Made by a program: the position numbers and the translations under genes. A model generated the notes under the pieces. The model worked only from the letters and a program-made list of their open reading frames with translations, was not told the origin of the DNA and made no database searches. DNA of 64,000 bases from Octopus sinensis (lineage: Eukaryota): positions 59,644,001-59,708,000 of the forward strand of contig NC_043000.1 of NCBI RefSeq assembly GCF_006345805.1, written 5' to 3'. This document shows positions 63,871 through 64,000 of the stretch, piece by piece. How positions within the stretch are numbered: position 1 is the first letter of the stretch; every line of letters begins with the position of its first letter.

Positions 63871-64000
63871 GTGTTTTGTTTTTGTTTTTGTTTTTGTTTT
63901 GTGGCACCAGCACTTAAGAGCCCACAATATTAGGGATGTTCAGCAGGAGAGGGCTGCAGGGGAAGAGCCTGAATGCAAGGGCAACCACACTTGTACTTAG

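Overview
AT-rich, microsatellite-laden eukaryotic DNA. The repeat families (tRNA/CORE-type SINEs, RTE LINEs with (GAT)n tails, TTAA MITEs) point to a coleoid cephalopod, probably Octopus; this is inference. Host gene: a minus-strand gene with a probable 90-nt first coding exon (61651-61562) joined in phase 0 across a ~22.7-kb intron to a 1536-nt Ser-rich exon (38850-37315). The product is unidentified and no downstream exon was confidently found. The rest is intronic or intergenic and dominated by mobile DNA: RTE LINE copies, a BovB-like RTE with an inverted 5' part, an R4/Dong-type fragment, two mariner families, Tigger, hAT, piggyBac-type MITEs, several SINE families and Penelope-like termini. 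Main leads: (1) a tRNA-headed SINE whose 3' part carries a Penelope-type minimal hammerhead-ribozyme motif, with a second degenerate motif elsewhere; (2) a PHD finger inserted inside the RT domain of the RTE family; (3) a four-uORF leader with an AUGA stop/start overlap; (4) foldback and inverted-repeat structures in the large intron. All identities come from motif recognition by eye, no searches were run, and repeat boundaries are approximate.
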